A stretch of DNA of 32,000 nucleotides from Synechococcus sp. A15-28 (lineage in GTDB: Bacteria > Cyanobacteriota > Cyanobacteriia > PCC-6307 > Cyanobiaceae), in contig NZ_CP047931.1 in the NCBI RefSeq assembly GCF_014280175.1, positions 1,830,001 through 1,862,000 on the forward strand. The letters are read 5' to 3'. Within the stretch, counting starts at the first letter, position 1. Each line of letters begins with the position of its first letter. The position numbers were made by a program, and so were the translations under genes. The notes under the pieces are model-generated. The model saw nothing but the letters and a program-made list of their open reading frames with translations. It did no database searches and was not told the origin of the DNA. This document shows positions 1 through 11,430 of the stretch, one piece after another.

Positions 1-684
1 CCCCTGGTGACGGCGCTGCTGTCGGGGCTGCTGCCCTGGGGCATGGCGGTCTGGATCCCGCTGATGGCAGCGCTGGCGTTCCGGAGCCTGCCCTGGAGCC
101 GGATGGCCGCGGCCATCACCGTGGCCATTCATTCCGTGATGGCCGTGGTCACCCCCTGGCTGTGGATGAACGGTCTCAAGGACTATCAACGCGATCGCCT
201 CGTGCTGTTCCTCGACCCGTCCCAGGACCCCCTCGGCGGTGGTTATCACCTGCTGCAGAGCAGCGTCGGCATCGGCTCCGGAAGGCTGTTCGGCACCGGC
301 CTGCTGCAGGGTCAGCTGACCAAGCTGCGGTTCATCCCCGAACAGCACACGGACTTCATCTTCAGCGCCCTCGGCGAGGAAACCGGATTCATCGGCACGG
401 TGCTGGTGGTGACGGGCTTCGCCTTGCTGATGATGCGCCTGCTGCAGGTGGCCCGCCATGCCCGCAGCGATTTCGAATCGCTGGTGGTCGTCGGCATCGG
501 AACGATGGTGATGTTTCAGGTGGTGGTGAACATCTTCATGACCATCGGACTCGGTCCGATCACCGGCATTCCCCTGCCCTTCCTCAGCTACGGGCGCTCG
601 GCGATGCTCGTCAACTTCATCTGTCTGGGCCTCTGCCTGTCGGTGGTGCGACAGAGCCGTGTCAGCTCGCTGGGTCGATGGTGA
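1..684 (+). CDS. rodA: Rod shape-determining protein RodA / FtsW family (C-terminal part, truncated by window start)
   Basis: ORF 7..684 reads ...QHTDFIFSALGEETGFIG...GLGPITGIPLPFLSYGRSAMLVNFICLGL, the characteristic SEDS family C-terminal region. Confidence 0.9.
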   Translation, partial: PLVTALLSGLLPWGMAVWIPLMAALAFRSLPWSRMAAAITVAIHSVMAVVTPWLWMNGLKDYQRDRLVLFLDPSQDPLGGGYHLLQSSVGIGSGRLFGTGLLQGQLTKLRFIPEQHTDFIFSALGEETGFIGTVLVVTGFALLMMRLLQVARHARSDFESLVVVGIGTMVMFQVVVNIFMTIGLGPITGIPLPFLSYGRSAMLVNFICLGLCLSVVRQSRVSSLGRW

Positions 685-2018
685 GCGACAACAGCCTTCA
701 GGCCCTGCGGCAGCGCCTGGCCCGAAACATTCGACCTGGGGCCTGCGATGAATCCGGGGTGCGCCGACTCTGGTGGGCCGCCCTCGAGATTCTTCAGGAG
801 GAGCTGCTCGATCGCCATGCCGATGAGGGGATCTGGGTCGCCTCCCCGCTGCCGGCGCTCTACGAGCCTGAACTCCTGGCCCATCTGCAGGGATGGGTGC
901 TGGCGCCCAAGAACCTCGATCGCTTCAGTCCATCCAATGCCGCCTTGCCGGCTAGCGCTGGCCAGCGGGAGGAGGGAATGCACTTCCGCCGGCTGACTCT
1001 GCATCCTGAGGATGGGTTGGACCCCCTGCTGGTCGTCATCACACCCACCCTCCAGGCGGCTCTGGCCATTCATGGCGCTCCGGACCGACGTCAGCTGCTG
1101 ATGCGCTGTGACCACGACACCCTGGGCGATGCCCTGGCCCTGTTCGGAGCGCGCTTGCAGGATCAGTCCCCGGAGCTGGCCGATGCGTTGAAAACGCAGC
1201 TGACCGCCCTTGGTCCACTGCACAGCGATCCCCAGCTGGATCAGCAGTTCTGGCCGCGACTGGCGGAAAAGCTCACCGTGACGGCGCCGAGCCTGACCCT
1301 GCAACCCACCCAGTCCAGCTCGGAGCACAACCAGGGGTCCTCCGAGGACCTCAGCCTGCTGGAGGCCATCACCCATGAGGTGCGCACGCCCCTGGCGACG
1401 ATCCGCACCCTGATCCGCTCCTTGCTGCGACGCAACGACCTTCCCTCCGTGGTTCAGAAACGGCTGCGTCAGATCGATGGCGAATGCAGTGAACAGATCG
1501 ACCGCTTCGGGCTGATCTTCCATGCCGCCGAACTGCAGCGCCAACCGGAGGGAACCCAGCTGGCCCGAACCGATCTCGGCTCCATCCTGCGCAGCCTGGA
1601 GCCGACCTGGCGGGACCAGCTGGAGCGTCGCCAACTGAGCCTCACCCTGGAGGTTCAGCCTGATCTTCCCGACGTGCTCAGCGACCCGCGGCGGCTGGAA
1701 CCCATGCTCGGCGGCCTGATCGACCGGGTGAGCCGGGGACTGCCCGGCGGGGCCGGACTGCGGTTGGAACTGCAGCCGGCCGGCGCACGCCTGAAACTGC
1801 AGCTTCTGGTGCAGATGGAGGACGGACCGGTGTCGACCACATCGACCTCAAACACCGAACAGGTGGGCACGGTTCTCAGCTGGGATCCAGCCACCGGCAG
1901 TCTTCAGCTCAGTCAGGCCGCCACCCGTCAGCTGATGGCCAGCCTGGGGGGGAGATATCACGCGCGACGCGACCGGGATCTCACGGTGTTCTTCCCCGTG
2001 GCCACACCTCCTTCCTGA
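678..2018 (+). CDS. Sensor histidine kinase-like protein with HisKA domain and divergent ATPase region
   Basis: Frame of ORF 162..2018; ATG at 678 (MVSDNSLQALRQ...) overlaps the rodA stop. H-box ITHEVRTPLATIRTLIRSLLRR is present; no clear DxGxG/N-box. Confidence 0.75.
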   Translation: MVSDNSLQALRQRLARNIRPGACDESGVRRLWWAALEILQEELLDRHADEGIWVASPLPALYEPELLAHLQGWVLAPKNLDRFSPSNAALPASAGQREEGMHFRRLTLHPEDGLDPLLVVITPTLQAALAIHGAPDRRQLLMRCDHDTLGDALALFGARLQDQSPELADALKTQLTALGPLHSDPQLDQQFWPRLAEKLTVTAPSLTLQPTQSSSEHNQGSSEDLSLLEAITHEVRTPLATIRTLIRSLLRRNDLPSVVQKRLRQIDGECSEQIDRFGLIFHAAELQRQPEGTQLARTDLGSILRSLEPTWRDQLERRQLSLTLEVQPDLPDVLSDPRRLEPMLGGLIDRVSRGLPGGAGLRLELQPAGARLKLQLLVQMEDGPVSTTSTSNTEQVGTVLSWDPATGSLQLSQAATRQLMASLGGRYHARRDRDLTVFFPVATPPS

Positions 2019-2129
2019 AAAGTTGAAGCACTTTGTTGACAGGTGTGAAGGTTGCTTTCGACCGTTAAATCAGGCCCCAACCACGGTGCTACTTTCCAGT
2101 CGTAACGGACCGTCTGGATTACCGCAGCC

Positions 2130-2561
2130 ATGACAGCATCGGCGTTGAATGGTCAGCTTCCTCAGTTCATCGGCAGCACCGGTGGTCTGCTTAATGCCGC
2201 TGAAACAGAAGAGAAATACGCGATCACCTGGACCAGCAACAGTGCTCAGGCCTTTGAACTGCCAACAGGTGGTGCGGCCATGATGAACTCCGGCGAAAAC
2301 ATCATGTATTTCGCCCGCAAGGAGCAGTGCCTTGCCCTCGGAACCCAGCTGCGGACCAAGTTCAAGCCACGGATCGAGGACTACAAGATCTACCGCATCT
2401 TCCCCGGCGGTGACACCGAATTCCTGCATCCCAAGGATGGTGTGTTCTCCGAGAAAGTGAACGAAGGTCGCCCGATGGTGGGTCACAACCCCCGTCGCAT
2501 CGGCGAAAACGTGAATCCTTCGAACATCAAGTTCAGCGGTCGCAACACCTACGACGCCTGA
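2130..2561 (+). CDS. psaD: Photosystem I reaction center subunit II (PsaD)
   Basis: 143 aa, ...[88 protein letters not shown]..., characteristic PsaD. Confidence 0.98.
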   Translation: MTASALNGQLPQFIGSTGGLLNAAETEEKYAITWTSNSAQAFELPTGGAAMMNSGENIMYFARKEQCLALGTQLRTKFKPRIEDYKIYRIFPGGDTEFLHPKDGVFSEKVNEGRPMVGHNPRRIGENVNPSNIKFSGRNTYDA

Positions 2562-2612
2562 TCAACCCGCTGATGCCGCCCCTGCCTGGGGCGGGGCTGC
2601 GAAGATGCCGTC

Positions 2613-4133
2613 ATGCTCAGTCCTGATCGCGTCGCCTTTCACGAGGCCGCAGCCAACGGTGCCAATCTGATTCCGTTGGCCCAGAGCTGGCCAGCGGATC
2701 TCGAAACCCCTTTAACGGCCTGGATCAAGGTCGGAGCTGATCACGCTCCAGGGGTACTGCTTGAGTCTGTCGAGGGAGGCGAGACCCTCGGACGATGGAG
2801 CGTGATTGCCTGTGACCCGCTGTGGACCGCATCAGCCCGCAACGACTGCCTGAAGCGATGCTGGCGTGATGGCCGCGAGGACACATTCAACGGCAACCCC
2901 TTCGACAGCCTGCGCAGCTGTCTTGAGCCTTATCACTGCATCAGCCTGCCCGGCCTGCCACCCCTTGGTCAGCTCTACGGCGTCTGGGGCTACGAGCTGA
3001 TTCAGTGGATTGAACCCAGTGTTCCGGTGCATCCGAGACAGCCTTCGGACCCACCCGATGGCATCTGGATGCTGATGGACGCGATTCTGATCTTCGATCA
3101 GGTGAAGCGCCAGATCACAGCCGTGGCCTTCGCTGATCTCAGCCAGGGCCAATCGGAAAATGCAGCCTGGGAGGCCGCCATGGCGCGGATTGCAGAGCTC
3201 CGGCGCCGCATGGAAGCTCCCCTCCCCCTGGTTGATCCCCTGCCCTGGGATGCGCAGGCCAAGCAGCTTCCAGATGTCAAGAGCAACAGCAGCCAGGAGC
3301 GCTTCGAGGCGGCCGTCAACACCGCCCGGGAGCACATCGCAGCGGGTGACGTCTTCCAACTGGTGATCAGCCAACGCCTGGAAACCGTTGTCCCCCAGCA
3401 ACCGCTGGAGCTCTACCGAAGTCTGCGGATGGTCAATCCGTCGCCATACATGGCCTTCTTCGACTTCGGGGACTGGCAACTGATCGGATCCAGCCCTGAG
3501 GTGATGGTGCAGGCCGACCCAGCCCCGGAAGGCATCCGAGCCAGCCTCAGACCGATCGCCGGCACCCGTCCGCGCGGCACCACAGCCCACGAGGACCGCG
3601 ACCTGGAGCTGGATCTTCTGGCTGACCCCAAGGAGCGCGCCGAGCACGTGATGCTGGTGGACCTCGGCCGCAACGACCTGGGCCGTGTCTGCCAGCCGGG
3701 CAGTGTGGCAGTGAAGGACCTGATGGTGATCGAGCGGTATTCGCACGTGATGCACATCGTCAGCCAGGTGGAAGGTCGCCTGGCCCCCAAGCACGACGTC
3801 TGGGATCTGCTGATGGCGTCCTTTCCCGCCGGAACCGTCAGCGGGGCGCCGAAGATCAGGGCCATGCAGCTGATCCATGAGCTGGAGCCCGATGCCCGAG
3901 GTCCTTATTCGGGTGTGTACGGATCGGTGGACCTGGCTGGAGCCCTGAACACCGCCATCACGATCCGCACCATGGTGGTTCAACCGCACCCCGCCGGTGG
4001 TTGCCGGGTGAAGGTTCAGGCAGGGGCCGGCGTGGTGGCCGATTCAAAGCCGACGGCGGAATACCAGGAGACCCTCAACAAAGCCCGCGGCATGCTCACG
4101 GCCCTGGCCTGCCTCAACCCAGAGCTCCCATGA
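2613..4133 (+). CDS. trpE: Anthranilate synthase component I
   Basis: 506 aa with chorismate-binding motifs GDVFQLVISQR, NPSPYMAFFDFG, ASFPAGTVSGAPKIRAMQLIHELE. Confidence 0.93.
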   Translation: MLSPDRVAFHEAAANGANLIPLAQSWPADLETPLTAWIKVGADHAPGVLLESVEGGETLGRWSVIACDPLWTASARNDCLKRCWRDGREDTFNGNPFDSLRSCLEPYHCISLPGLPPLGQLYGVWGYELIQWIEPSVPVHPRQPSDPPDGIWMLMDAILIFDQVKRQITAVAFADLSQGQSENAAWEAAMARIAELRRRMEAPLPLVDPLPWDAQAKQLPDVKSNSSQERFEAAVNTAREHIAAGDVFQLVISQRLETVVPQQPLELYRSLRMVNPSPYMAFFDFGDWQLIGSSPEVMVQADPAPEGIRASLRPIAGTRPRGTTAHEDRDLELDLLADPKERAEHVMLVDLGRNDLGRVCQPGSVAVKDLMVIERYSHVMHIVSQVEGRLAPKHDVWDLLMASFPAGTVSGAPKIRAMQLIHELEPDARGPYSGVYGSVDLAGALNTAITIRTMVVQPHPAGGCRVKVQAGAGVVADSKPTAEYQETLNKARGMLTALACLNPELP

Positions 4134-5272
4134 GCGAAGGGCTGCTGCTCAAGGGCTTTGAAGTCGAGCTGTTCACCGGGCGGCCTGACGGCACCAACGT
4201 TGGCGTGGCCAGTGAGGTGGCCAGGGATCTCAGTGATTTCGTCACCGAACCGGACCACCGCAATCTCGAATACATCACTCCACCGATCAGGGCCTATGAG
4301 GATCTGCCGGAGGCTCTGCTGCGACCCCGCCGCAGGCTGCGCCAATGGCTGTCCCCACTAGGACTGACCCTGCTGCCCGGCAGCACCCTCAGCCTTGGGA
4401 ACAGCAGCCGCTTCGAGCGATCGGATCCCACCAATCCGTATCACGACCTGATCGAAACGACCTATGGCACCAAGGTCGTGACCGCCAGCATCCACATCAA
4501 CCTGGGCATCACGGATCTGAACTGGCTGTTTGCAGCGGTGCGGCTGGTGCGCTGTGAAGCTGCACTGCTGCTCTCCCTCAGCGCCAGTTCCCCTTTTCTG
4601 GGAGGTGAGCTGACGGGTCACCACTCCCAACGCTGGCACCAGTTTCCCTTGACTCCAAAGCAGGTGCCGCTGTTCCGGGATCATTCGCACTACACACAGT
4701 GGGTGGAGCAGCGCCTGGCCGATGGCCAGATGCGCAACGAACGCCACCTCTGGACCTCCGTTCGCCCCAACGGACCGCGACGCCCCTACGAACTCAACCG
4801 CCTGGAACTGCGCATCTGTGATCTGATCACGGACCCGGCGGAACTGCTGGCGATCACGGCGTGGCTGGAACTGCGGCTGCTGGAGCTGCGTGATCACCCG
4901 CAGCGGCTGGATCCACTCCTGTCCAGTCAGCTTAGCGAAAAGGAGCTGGCGGAGCTGGCCGACAGCAACGACGCCGCGGCAGCCCACACCAGTCTTGAGG
5001 CCACCCTGCATCACTGGCAGGACGGCCGTCCGCTGCTCAGCCGAACCTGGATTGCCGAAATCCTGGAGCAACTCGCCCCCCGGGCCGACGCCCTCGGACT
5101 CAGCGATCGGCTCAGGCCGCTGGACAAGCTGCTGGAATCCGGCAACCAGGCCATGCGGTGGACTGCCGCCAACAGTCAGGGCTGCAGCATCGGTGACCTT
5201 CTGCGGCAGGGCAGTTGTGCCATGAAGGATCAGGAAGAGTCCGTCGCCCACTTGAGCGGCACTTTGGGATGA
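4130..5272 (+). CDS. gshA: Glutamate--cysteine ligase, cyanobacterial type
   Basis: Frame of ORF 4001..5272; ATG 4130 in an ATGA overlap with the trpE stop. [30 protein letters not shown]...; [37 protein letters not shown]. Confidence 0.88.
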   Translation: MSEGLLLKGFEVELFTGRPDGTNVGVASEVARDLSDFVTEPDHRNLEYITPPIRAYEDLPEALLRPRRRLRQWLSPLGLTLLPGSTLSLGNSSRFERSDPTNPYHDLIETTYGTKVVTASIHINLGITDLNWLFAAVRLVRCEAALLLSLSASSPFLGGELTGHHSQRWHQFPLTPKQVPLFRDHSHYTQWVEQRLADGQMRNERHLWTSVRPNGPRRPYELNRLELRICDLITDPAELLAITAWLELRLLELRDHPQRLDPLLSSQLSEKELAELADSNDAAAAHTSLEATLHHWQDGRPLLSRTWIAEILEQLAPRADALGLSDRLRPLDKLLESGNQAMRWTAANSQGCSIGDLLRQGSCAMKDQEESVAHLSGTLG

Positions 5273-8200
5273 TCATGGGCAGTGCTGAAACAAGCGGAGC
5301 GTCGATGCCCCAGTCCACCGCCCATGCCCCTGACGGCGATCAGCCAAGGGCCAGCGGTGGCAGCCCTGGAGCCGGCCGCCTGCTGCAGCATCGCCTCGAG
5401 TTGGTGGAAGACCTGTGGCAAACCGTGCTGCGCAGTGAGTGCCCTCCGGATCAGAGCGAGCGACTGCTCCGCCTCAAGCAACTCAGCGATCCAGTGGCCC
5501 TCGAAGGCCGTGACGGCGACAGCAGCAGCGAGGCGATCGTCGAGCTGATCCGCAGCATGGATCTCTCCGAGGCCATCGCGGCGGCCCGTGCCTTCTCCCT
5601 GTATTTCCAGCTGATCAACATCCTCGAGCAGCGCATCGAGGAGGACAGCTACCTCGACAGCCTTCGCCCGAGCCGCAACCAGGACGAGGAGACCGCGGCC
5701 CCCTTTGATCCCTTCGCCCCACCGCTGGCCAGCCAGACCGACCCCGCCACCTTCGGCGAAGTGTTCGAACGGCTACGGCGGATGAATGTGCCTCCTGCAC
5801 AGGTCGAAACGCTGCTGCGGGAACTGGACATCCGTCTGGTGTTCACCGCCCACCCGACGGAAATCGTGCGTCACACCGTGCGTCACAAGCAGCGGAAGGT
5901 GGCGTCCCTGCTGCAGCGGCTCCAGTCGGAGCCGGCATTGCCCCGCTACGACGAGGAGGAACTGCGACGCCAGCTGGAGGAGGAGATCCGCCTCTGGTGG
6001 CGCACCGACGAGCTGCACCAGTTCAAACCGACGGTGCTGGATGAGGTCGACTCAACCCTGCACTACTTCCAGCAGGTGCTGTTCGAAGCGATGCCACAGC
6101 TGCGGCGGCGGCTGATGTCGTCCCTGAGCCGGCACTATCCCGATGTGCAGTTCCCCCAGGCATCCTTCTGCACCTTCGGGTCCTGGGTGGGGTCCGACCG
6201 GGACGGCAATCCTTCGGTGACCCCTGAGATCACCTGGCGAACCGCCTGTTATCAGCGCCAGCTGATGCTGGAGCTCTACATCGGCTCCGTGCAATCCCTG
6301 CGCAACCAGCTGAGCATCTCAATGCAGTGGAGCCAGGTGGCACCACCACTGCTGGAGTCGCTGGAGATGGATCGGCTGCGCTTCCCGGAGATCTATGAGC
6401 GCCGGGCCGCCCGCTATCGGCTGGAGCCCTACCGACTCAAGCTCAGCTACATCCTCGAACGGCTGGAGCTCACACTGCAGCGCAACCACCAGATGTCCGA
6501 GGCTGGCTGGCAGTCTCCGTCCGAACCCGCCACCACGACTCCCACCGAGGGAATCCCCGGCCATGAAGCGCTGCACTACACGGACATCGATCAGTTCCGC
6601 AGCGACCTTGAACTGATCCGCAACAGCCTCGTCAGCACCGAGCTGAGCTGCGAACAGCTCGACACCCTGCTGAATCAGGTCCACATCTTCGGGTTCTCCC
6701 TGGCCAGCCTGGACATCCGGCAGGAGAGCACCCGTCACAGTGACGCCATCGATGAGCTGACCACCCATCTGCAGCTGCCCAAGGCCTACGGCGCCATGGA
6801 GGAACCCGAGCGGGTGAGCTGGCTGATGGAGGAACTGCAGACCCGCCGACCACTGATCCCAGCATCGGTGCAGTGGTCTGAAGCCACCGCCCAGACCTTC
6901 GCCGTGTTCCAGATGCTGCATCGCCTGCAGCAGGAGTTCGGTCAGCGCATCTGTCACTCCTACGTGATCTCGATGAGCCACACCGCCTCCGATCTTCTGG
7001 AGGTGATGCTGCTGGCGAAAGAGGTCGGCCTGGTGGATCCGCTGGCCGGCAAGGCATCGCTGCTGGTCGTGCCCCTGTTCGAAACGGTGGAAGACCTCCA
7101 GCGGGCCCCGGCGGTGATGAAGGGGCTGTTCCAGGCGCCGCTGTATCGCAATCTTCTTCCCAACGTTGGCGTCCAGCGCCAGCCCCTGCAGGAGCTGATG
7201 CTCGGTTATTCCGACAGCAACAAGGACTCGGGTTTCCTCTCCAGCAACTGGGAGATTCATCAGGCCCAGATCGCCCTGCAGACGTTGGCCAGCAACCACG
7301 GCGTGGCCCTGAGACTGTTCCATGGCCGGGGCGGTTCGGTGAGCCGCGGCGGCGGTCCGGCCTACCAGGCGATCCTGGCCCAGCCCAGCGGCACGCTGCA
7401 GGGGCGAATCAAGATCACGGAACAGGGTGAGGTGCTGGCCTCCAAATACAGCCTGCCGGAACTCGCCCTTTACAACCTGGAGACCGTCACGACGGCGGTG
7501 GTGCAGAACAGCTTGGTGACCAATCAGCTGGATGCCACCCCGAGCTGGAACCAGTTAATGAGCCGCGTGGCCAAGCGATCCCGTGAGCATTACCGCGCCT
7601 TGGTGCATGACAACCCTGATCTGGTGGCGTTTTTCCAGCAGGTCACCCCGATCGAGGAGATCAGCAAGCTTCAGATCTCCAGTCGTCCGGCCCGCCGCAA
7701 GACCGGGGCCCGGGATCTCTCCAGTCTCCGGGCGATCCCCTGGGTGTTCGGCTGGACCCAAAGCCGGTTCCTGCTGCCGAGCTGGTTCGGTGTGGGGACA
7801 GCCCTGGCGGAGGAAGTCAACAACGACCCCGAGCAACTGGACCTGCTCAGGCGGCTGCATCAGCGCTGGCCGTTCTTCCGGATGCTGATCTCCAAGGTGG
7901 AGATGACGCTCTCCAAGGTCGATCTCGACCTGGCGCACCACTACATGAACAGCCTTGGCAATCCGGAGCAGCGCGATGCCTTTGAAGACATCTTCAACGT
8001 GATCGCCGACGAATACGCACGCACCCTGAAGCTGGTGCTCGAAATCACCGGCCAGAGCCGGCTGCTGGGGGCGGATCAGAACCTGCAGCTGTCGGTGGAT
8101 CTGCGCAACCGCACGATTGTTCCCCTGGGCTTCCTGCAGGTGGCCCTGCTGCGGCGACTGCGGGATCAGAACCGTCAACCTCCCATGAGCGAATCCCCTG

Positions 8201-8301
8201 GAACACCGGAGGACCGTCGCACCTACAGCCGCAGTGAACTGTTGAGGGGCGCACTGCTCACCCTCAACGGCATTGCCGCCGGCATGCGCAACACCGGCTG
8301 A
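5266..8301 (+). CDS. ppc: Phosphoenolpyruvate carboxylase
   Basis: [78 protein letters not shown], terminal [11 protein letters not shown]. Start uncertain (5266 or 5305). Confidence 0.97.
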   Translation, partial: GMIMGSAETSGASMPQSTAHAPDGDQPRASGGSPGAGRLLQHRLELVEDLWQTVLRSECPPDQSERLLRLKQLSDPVALEGRDGDSSSEAIVELIRSMDLSEAIAAARAFSLYFQLINILEQRIEEDSYLDSLRPSRNQDEETAAPFDPFAPPLASQTDPATFGEVFERLRRMNVPPAQVETLLRELDIRLVFTAHPTEIVRHTVRHKQRKVASLLQRLQSEPALPRYDEEELRRQLEEEIRLWWRTDELHQFKPTVLDEVDSTLHYFQQVLFEAMPQLRRRLMSSLSRHYPDVQFPQASFCTFGSWVGSDRDGNPSVTPEITWRTACYQRQLMLELYIGSVQSLRNQLSISMQWSQVAPPLLESLEMDRLRFPEIYERRAARYRLEPYRLKLSYILERLELTLQRNHQMSEAGWQSPSEPATTTPTEGIPGHEALHYTDIDQFRSDLELIRNSLVSTELSCEQLDTLLNQVHIFGFSLASLDIRQESTRHSDAIDELTTHLQLPKAYGAMEEPERVSWLMEELQTRRPLIPASVQWSEATAQTFAVFQMLHRLQQEFGQRICHSYVISMSHTASDLLEVMLLAKEVGLVDPLAGKASLLVVPLFETVEDLQRAPAVMKGLFQAPLYRNLLPNVGVQRQPLQELMLGYSDSNKDSGFLSSNWEIHQAQIALQTLASNHGVALRLFHGRGGSVSRGGGPAYQAILAQPSGTLQGRIKITEQGEVLASKYSLPELALYNLETVTTAVVQNSLVTNQLDATPSWNQLMSRVAKRSREHYRALVHDNPDLVAFFQQVTPIEEISKLQISSRPARRKTGARDLSSLRAIPWVFGWTQSRFLLPSWFGVGTALAEEVNNDPEQLDLLRRLHQRWPFFRMLISKVEMTLSKVDLDLAHHYMNSLGNPEQRDAFEDIFNVIADEYARTLKLVLEITGQSRLLGADQNLQLSVDLRNRTIVPLGFLQVALLRRLRDQNRQPPMSESPGTPEDRRTYSRSELLRGALLTLNGIAAGMRNTG

Positions 8302-8779
8302 TCCCTTGCTTTCGTTCCTTCAGCAGCCCAGTGTTCCTCAACTTCCCGAGGGCTACCGCCTCGAAACCGGCCTGATGCCAGAGCCGGCGGCCATTAATCG
8401 GTTGCTGGCGTCCTGCCAGGAATCCACTCACCCGGAAGCGCTCTGGCCCAAGGCGATGGAACGGAGCCTGTGGCAGATCAGCATCCTCGAAGAATCCACT
8501 GGGGAGCTGGTGGGTTTCGTACGCGCCACCAGCGACATGGCCCTCAATGCCAATCTGTGGAATCTTGCCGCCCGCCCGGGTCCTGATCAGGCCCGGCTGC
8601 TGACCGTGCTGATGCATCGGGCCCTGAACATCCTGCGGCGGGACCTGCCCGGCTGCAGCCTGTCGGTCTCGGCACCAGCCATGTCAATCGATGCCCTGAA
8701 GGGCCAGGGTTTCGTGATTGATCCCAGTGGCATCCGGGCCATGGGATTGAGGCTGAAACCAACCTCTGGAACTGACTGA
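8273..8779 (+). CDS. GNAT-like N-acetyltransferase family protein
   Basis: 168 aa ORF, ...[22 protein letters not shown]...[58 protein letters not shown]...; overlaps the ppc 3' end, so the true start may be further downstream. Confidence 0.65.
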   Translation: MPPACATPADPLLSFLQQPSVPQLPEGYRLETGLMPEPAAINRLLASCQESTHPEALWPKAMERSLWQISILEESTGELVGFVRATSDMALNANLWNLAARPGPDQARLLTVLMHRALNILRRDLPGCSLSVSAPAMSIDALKGQGFVIDPSGIRAMGLRLKPTSGTD

Positions 8780-8782
8780 ACA

Positions 8783-8856
8783 CGAGCATGGAGGGATTCG
8801 AACCCCCGACCCTCAGAACCGGAATCTGATGCTCTATCCAACTGAGCTACATGCCC
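8783..8856 (-). tRNA. tRNA-Arg (anticodon CCG)
   Basis: Reverse complement folds as a cloverleaf: GGGCATG-TA-GCTCAGTTGGATAGAGC-A-TCAGATTCCGGTTCTGA-GGGTC-GGGGGTTCGAATCCCTC-CATGCTC-G. Confidence 0.95.
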
Positions 8857-8866
8857 ACTGGCCTCA

Positions 8867-10060
8867 GTGAGGGATCAGCAGGAGACCGCCCGACAGGCCG
8901 GCCCGTTATCAGTACCTTACCCAAACGCCGCCCCGCGACCCATCCGGCTCCAAACGCTCCAGCTGCAGGGGTTTCGGAACCACAGGCAACTGTCGCTGGA
9001 GCTGACCCAGCCCCGGTTGCTGGTGATCGGCCCCAACGGCATCGGCAAATCGAATCTTCTGGAGGCGGTGGAGCTGCTGGGCAGCCTGCGGTCCCATCGC
9101 TGCAGCCAGGACCGTGACCTGATCCAGTGGGAAGCACCCCGGGCTCTGCTGCGGGCCGGACTGGACGATGGCGATCAGCTGGAGCTGGAACTGCGTCGCC
9201 AGGGAGGACGTCAGGCCCGACGCAACGGCAAGACCCTGGACCGCCAACTGGATCTGATCGGCCCGCTGCGCTGCATCGGGTTCAGCGCCCTCGATCTGGA
9301 GCTGGTGCGGGGGGAACCATCCCTGCGTCGTCAGTGGCTCGACCGGGTGGTGCTCCAGCTGGAACCTGTCTACGCCGATCTGCTCAGCCGCTACAACCGG
9401 CTGCTGCGCCAACGCAGCCAGCTCTGGCGTCGCAGCGGGCAGACCAGCCCGAGCCAGCGGGACGCCCTGCTGGATGCCTTTGATGCCCAGATGGCCCTGG
9501 TGAGCACGCGCATTCACCGCCGCCGCCAACGGGCCCTGCGGCGCCTGGCACCGATCGCTCGCCGCTGGCAGTCGCACCTGAGTGCCGGGAGCGAGGAGCT
9601 GGACCTGCAGTACCAACCTGGAAGTCGCCTCGATGCCGAGGAGGCTGAGGAGCCATGGCGACTGGCCATTGAAGAGCAGCTGCGGCGGCAACGGCCGGAG
9701 GAGGAACGGCTGGGCAGCTGCCGGGTGGGGCCCCATCGCGATGAAGTCGCCCTGCTGCTGGGAGGCACACCGGCCCGGCGCTTTGGTTCAGCGGGTCAGC
9801 AACGCTCCCTGGTGCTCGGCCTGAAACTGGCGGAACTGGAGCTGGTGACGCAGCTGTTCGGAGAACCGCCGCTATTGCTGCTGGACGATGTGCTGGCGGA
9901 ACTGGACCCCACCCGTCAGCACCTGCTGCTGGAGGCGGTGGGGCAGGAGCATCAATGCCTGGTGAGCGCCACCCACCTGAATGGCTTCGAAGGGGGATGG
10001 CGGGAGCACTCACAGATTCTCAATCCAGGAGACCTGAGTCCAGGGGTGAAGATCGGATAA
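8867..10060 (+). CDS. recF: DNA replication and repair protein RecF
   Basis: [44 protein letters not shown] (Walker A), [22 protein letters not shown]. Start may be downstream of 8867. Confidence 0.93.
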   Translation: MRDQQETARQAGPLSVPYPNAAPRPIRLQTLQLQGFRNHRQLSLELTQPRLLVIGPNGIGKSNLLEAVELLGSLRSHRCSQDRDLIQWEAPRALLRAGLDDGDQLELELRRQGGRQARRNGKTLDRQLDLIGPLRCIGFSALDLELVRGEPSLRRQWLDRVVLQLEPVYADLLSRYNRLLRQRSQLWRRSGQTSPSQRDALLDAFDAQMALVSTRIHRRRQRALRRLAPIARRWQSHLSAGSEELDLQYQPGSRLDAEEAEEPWRLAIEEQLRRQRPEEERLGSCRVGPHRDEVALLLGGTPARRFGSAGQQRSLVLGLKLAELELVTQLFGEPPLLLLDDVLAELDPTRQHLLLEAVGQEHQCLVSATHLNGFEGGWREHSQILNPGDLSPGVKIG

Positions 10061-10066
10061 TCTGGT

Positions 10067-10546
10067 GTGCTGTTTTTCTCTGATCGCCTGATGGAGCAGA
10101 CCCTGTCTGACCTGCATCCCAACCCGGGATGGGGGGACACCCAGTTGCAAGCCACCGACATGGTCGGCAAACACTGCATTCTCGAGCTCTACGACTGCGA
10201 TCCTGCCCGGCTCGACGACGAAGCATTCCTGAGAACCACCATCACGACAGCAGCGAAACGTGCTGGTGCAACCCTTCTCAATCTGACCACCCACAGCTTC
10301 GAGCCCCAGGGCGTCACGGGACTGGCCCTGCTGGCGGAATCGCACATATCCATCCACACCTGGCCCGAGAGCGGTTATGCCGCCGTCGATGTGTTCACCT
10401 GCGGTGACCACACGATGCCGGAACAGGCCTGCGCCGTACTGCGGGATGAACTGCGGGCCCAGCGCCATGCCCTGAGGAGCTTCCTGCGGGAAACACCGGC
10501 GGCTGTGGCCAGCACCGTGCGTGAACCAATCCAGCTGCCCAGCTGA
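10067..10546 (+). CDS. speD: S-adenosylmethionine decarboxylase proenzyme
   Basis: [18 protein letters not shown]-like N-terminus, [28 protein letters not shown] (processing region [11 protein letters not shown]). Confidence 0.93.
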   Translation: MLFFSDRLMEQTLSDLHPNPGWGDTQLQATDMVGKHCILELYDCDPARLDDEAFLRTTITTAAKRAGATLLNLTTHSFEPQGVTGLALLAESHISIHTWPESGYAAVDVFTCGDHTMPEQACAVLRDELRAQRHALRSFLRETPAAVASTVREPIQLPS

Positions 10547-11413
10547 TCAGAGGCTGCGGTTGAGCTTGCCGCTCACCAGGCCCTCCAGATCCAGGCTGAC
10601 GGAGGTGAACCCCATATCCAGCAGGCTGCTGACCAGGGGTTCCTTTGCGTTGAGAGCCAGCAGATCATCCAGTCGATCCTGGGGCACCTCGATGCGAGCC
10701 GAGAGGCCCTGACTGCGCACCCTCACCCTGGGAAAACCTCGATCCAGCAGCCAGGCTTCCGCCTGGCCGACCCGCTTGAGCCGCTCGGCACTGATGCTCT
10801 CGCCGTAGGGAAAACGGGATGCGAGGCAGGGCTGGGCCGGCTTGTCCCACCAGGGGAAGCCAAGGGCTGACGACAGCTGACGGATCGCGGCCTTATCGAT
10901 CGCCAACTCCGCCAAGGGCGAGCGCACCCCGGCCTGCCGGGCCGCCTCGATGCCGGGGCGATGGTCACCCAGGTCATCCAGATTCACCCCATCCACCACC
11001 AACGCCCCACCGGCGGCGGCCGCGATGGGCTGGAGGTGGTGATGCAACTCCCGCTTGCAGGCAAAACAGCGGTCGGTGGGATTGCTGCTGTAGTCGGGAT
11101 CGTTGAGCTCGCGGGTTGAACACTCCTGATGGCGGATGCCGATCCACTGCGCCTGAGCCCGCGCTTCCTGCAACAGATGGGGGGCCAGAGCCGGCGACAC
11201 CCCGGTCACCGCAACTGCAGAATCCCCCTTCTGCTCATGGGCGATCGCCGCCACCAGGGTGCTGTCCACACCACCGGAATAGGCCACGCACAGGGCCTCC
11301 TGTGACGCCAGCCAGCTGCGCAACTGCTGAAGCAGATCGGCCTCCCGGGGCGGCAAAGATTCCTGCAGCCGGAACATCAGCAGAACAACCCGGGCGATCT
11401 CGGTAGGCTCCAA
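10547..11413 (-). CDS. larE: ATP-dependent sacrificial sulfur transferase LarE family
   Basis: LCVAYSGGVDSTLVAAIAHE (PP-loop), SNPTDRCFACKRELHHHL, VDGVNLDDLGDHRPGIEAARQAGVRSPLAE, PCLASRFPYGESI. Confidence 0.88.
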   Translation of the reverse strand: MEPTEIARVVLLMFRLQESLPPREADLLQQLRSWLASQEALCVAYSGGVDSTLVAAIAHEQKGDSAVAVTGVSPALAPHLLQEARAQAQWIGIRHQECSTRELNDPDYSSNPTDRCFACKRELHHHLQPIAAAAGGALVVDGVNLDDLGDHRPGIEAARQAGVRSPLAELAIDKAAIRQLSSALGFPWWDKPAQPCLASRFPYGESISAERLKRVGQAEAWLLDRGFPRVRVRSQGLSARIEVPQDRLDDLLALNAKEPLVSSLLDMGFTSVSLDLEGLVSGKLNRSL

Positions 11414-11430
11414 CGGTAAGAGCCGGGACC

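Noticed and set aside
2036-2070. TTGACA (2036-2041) with TTAAAT (2065-2070) as a psaD promoter
   Set aside because: Spacing of 23 nt is too long for a standard sigma70 promoter; not supportable without start-site data.
2832-3989. Large minus-strand ORF opposite trpE (385 aa)
   Set aside because: High-GC shadow ORF fully antisense to an unmistakable trpE; His/Gln/Gly-rich translation without domain motifs.
6319-7323. Large minus-strand ORF opposite ppc (334 aa)
   Set aside because: Shadow of the ppc coding frame; no domain motif.
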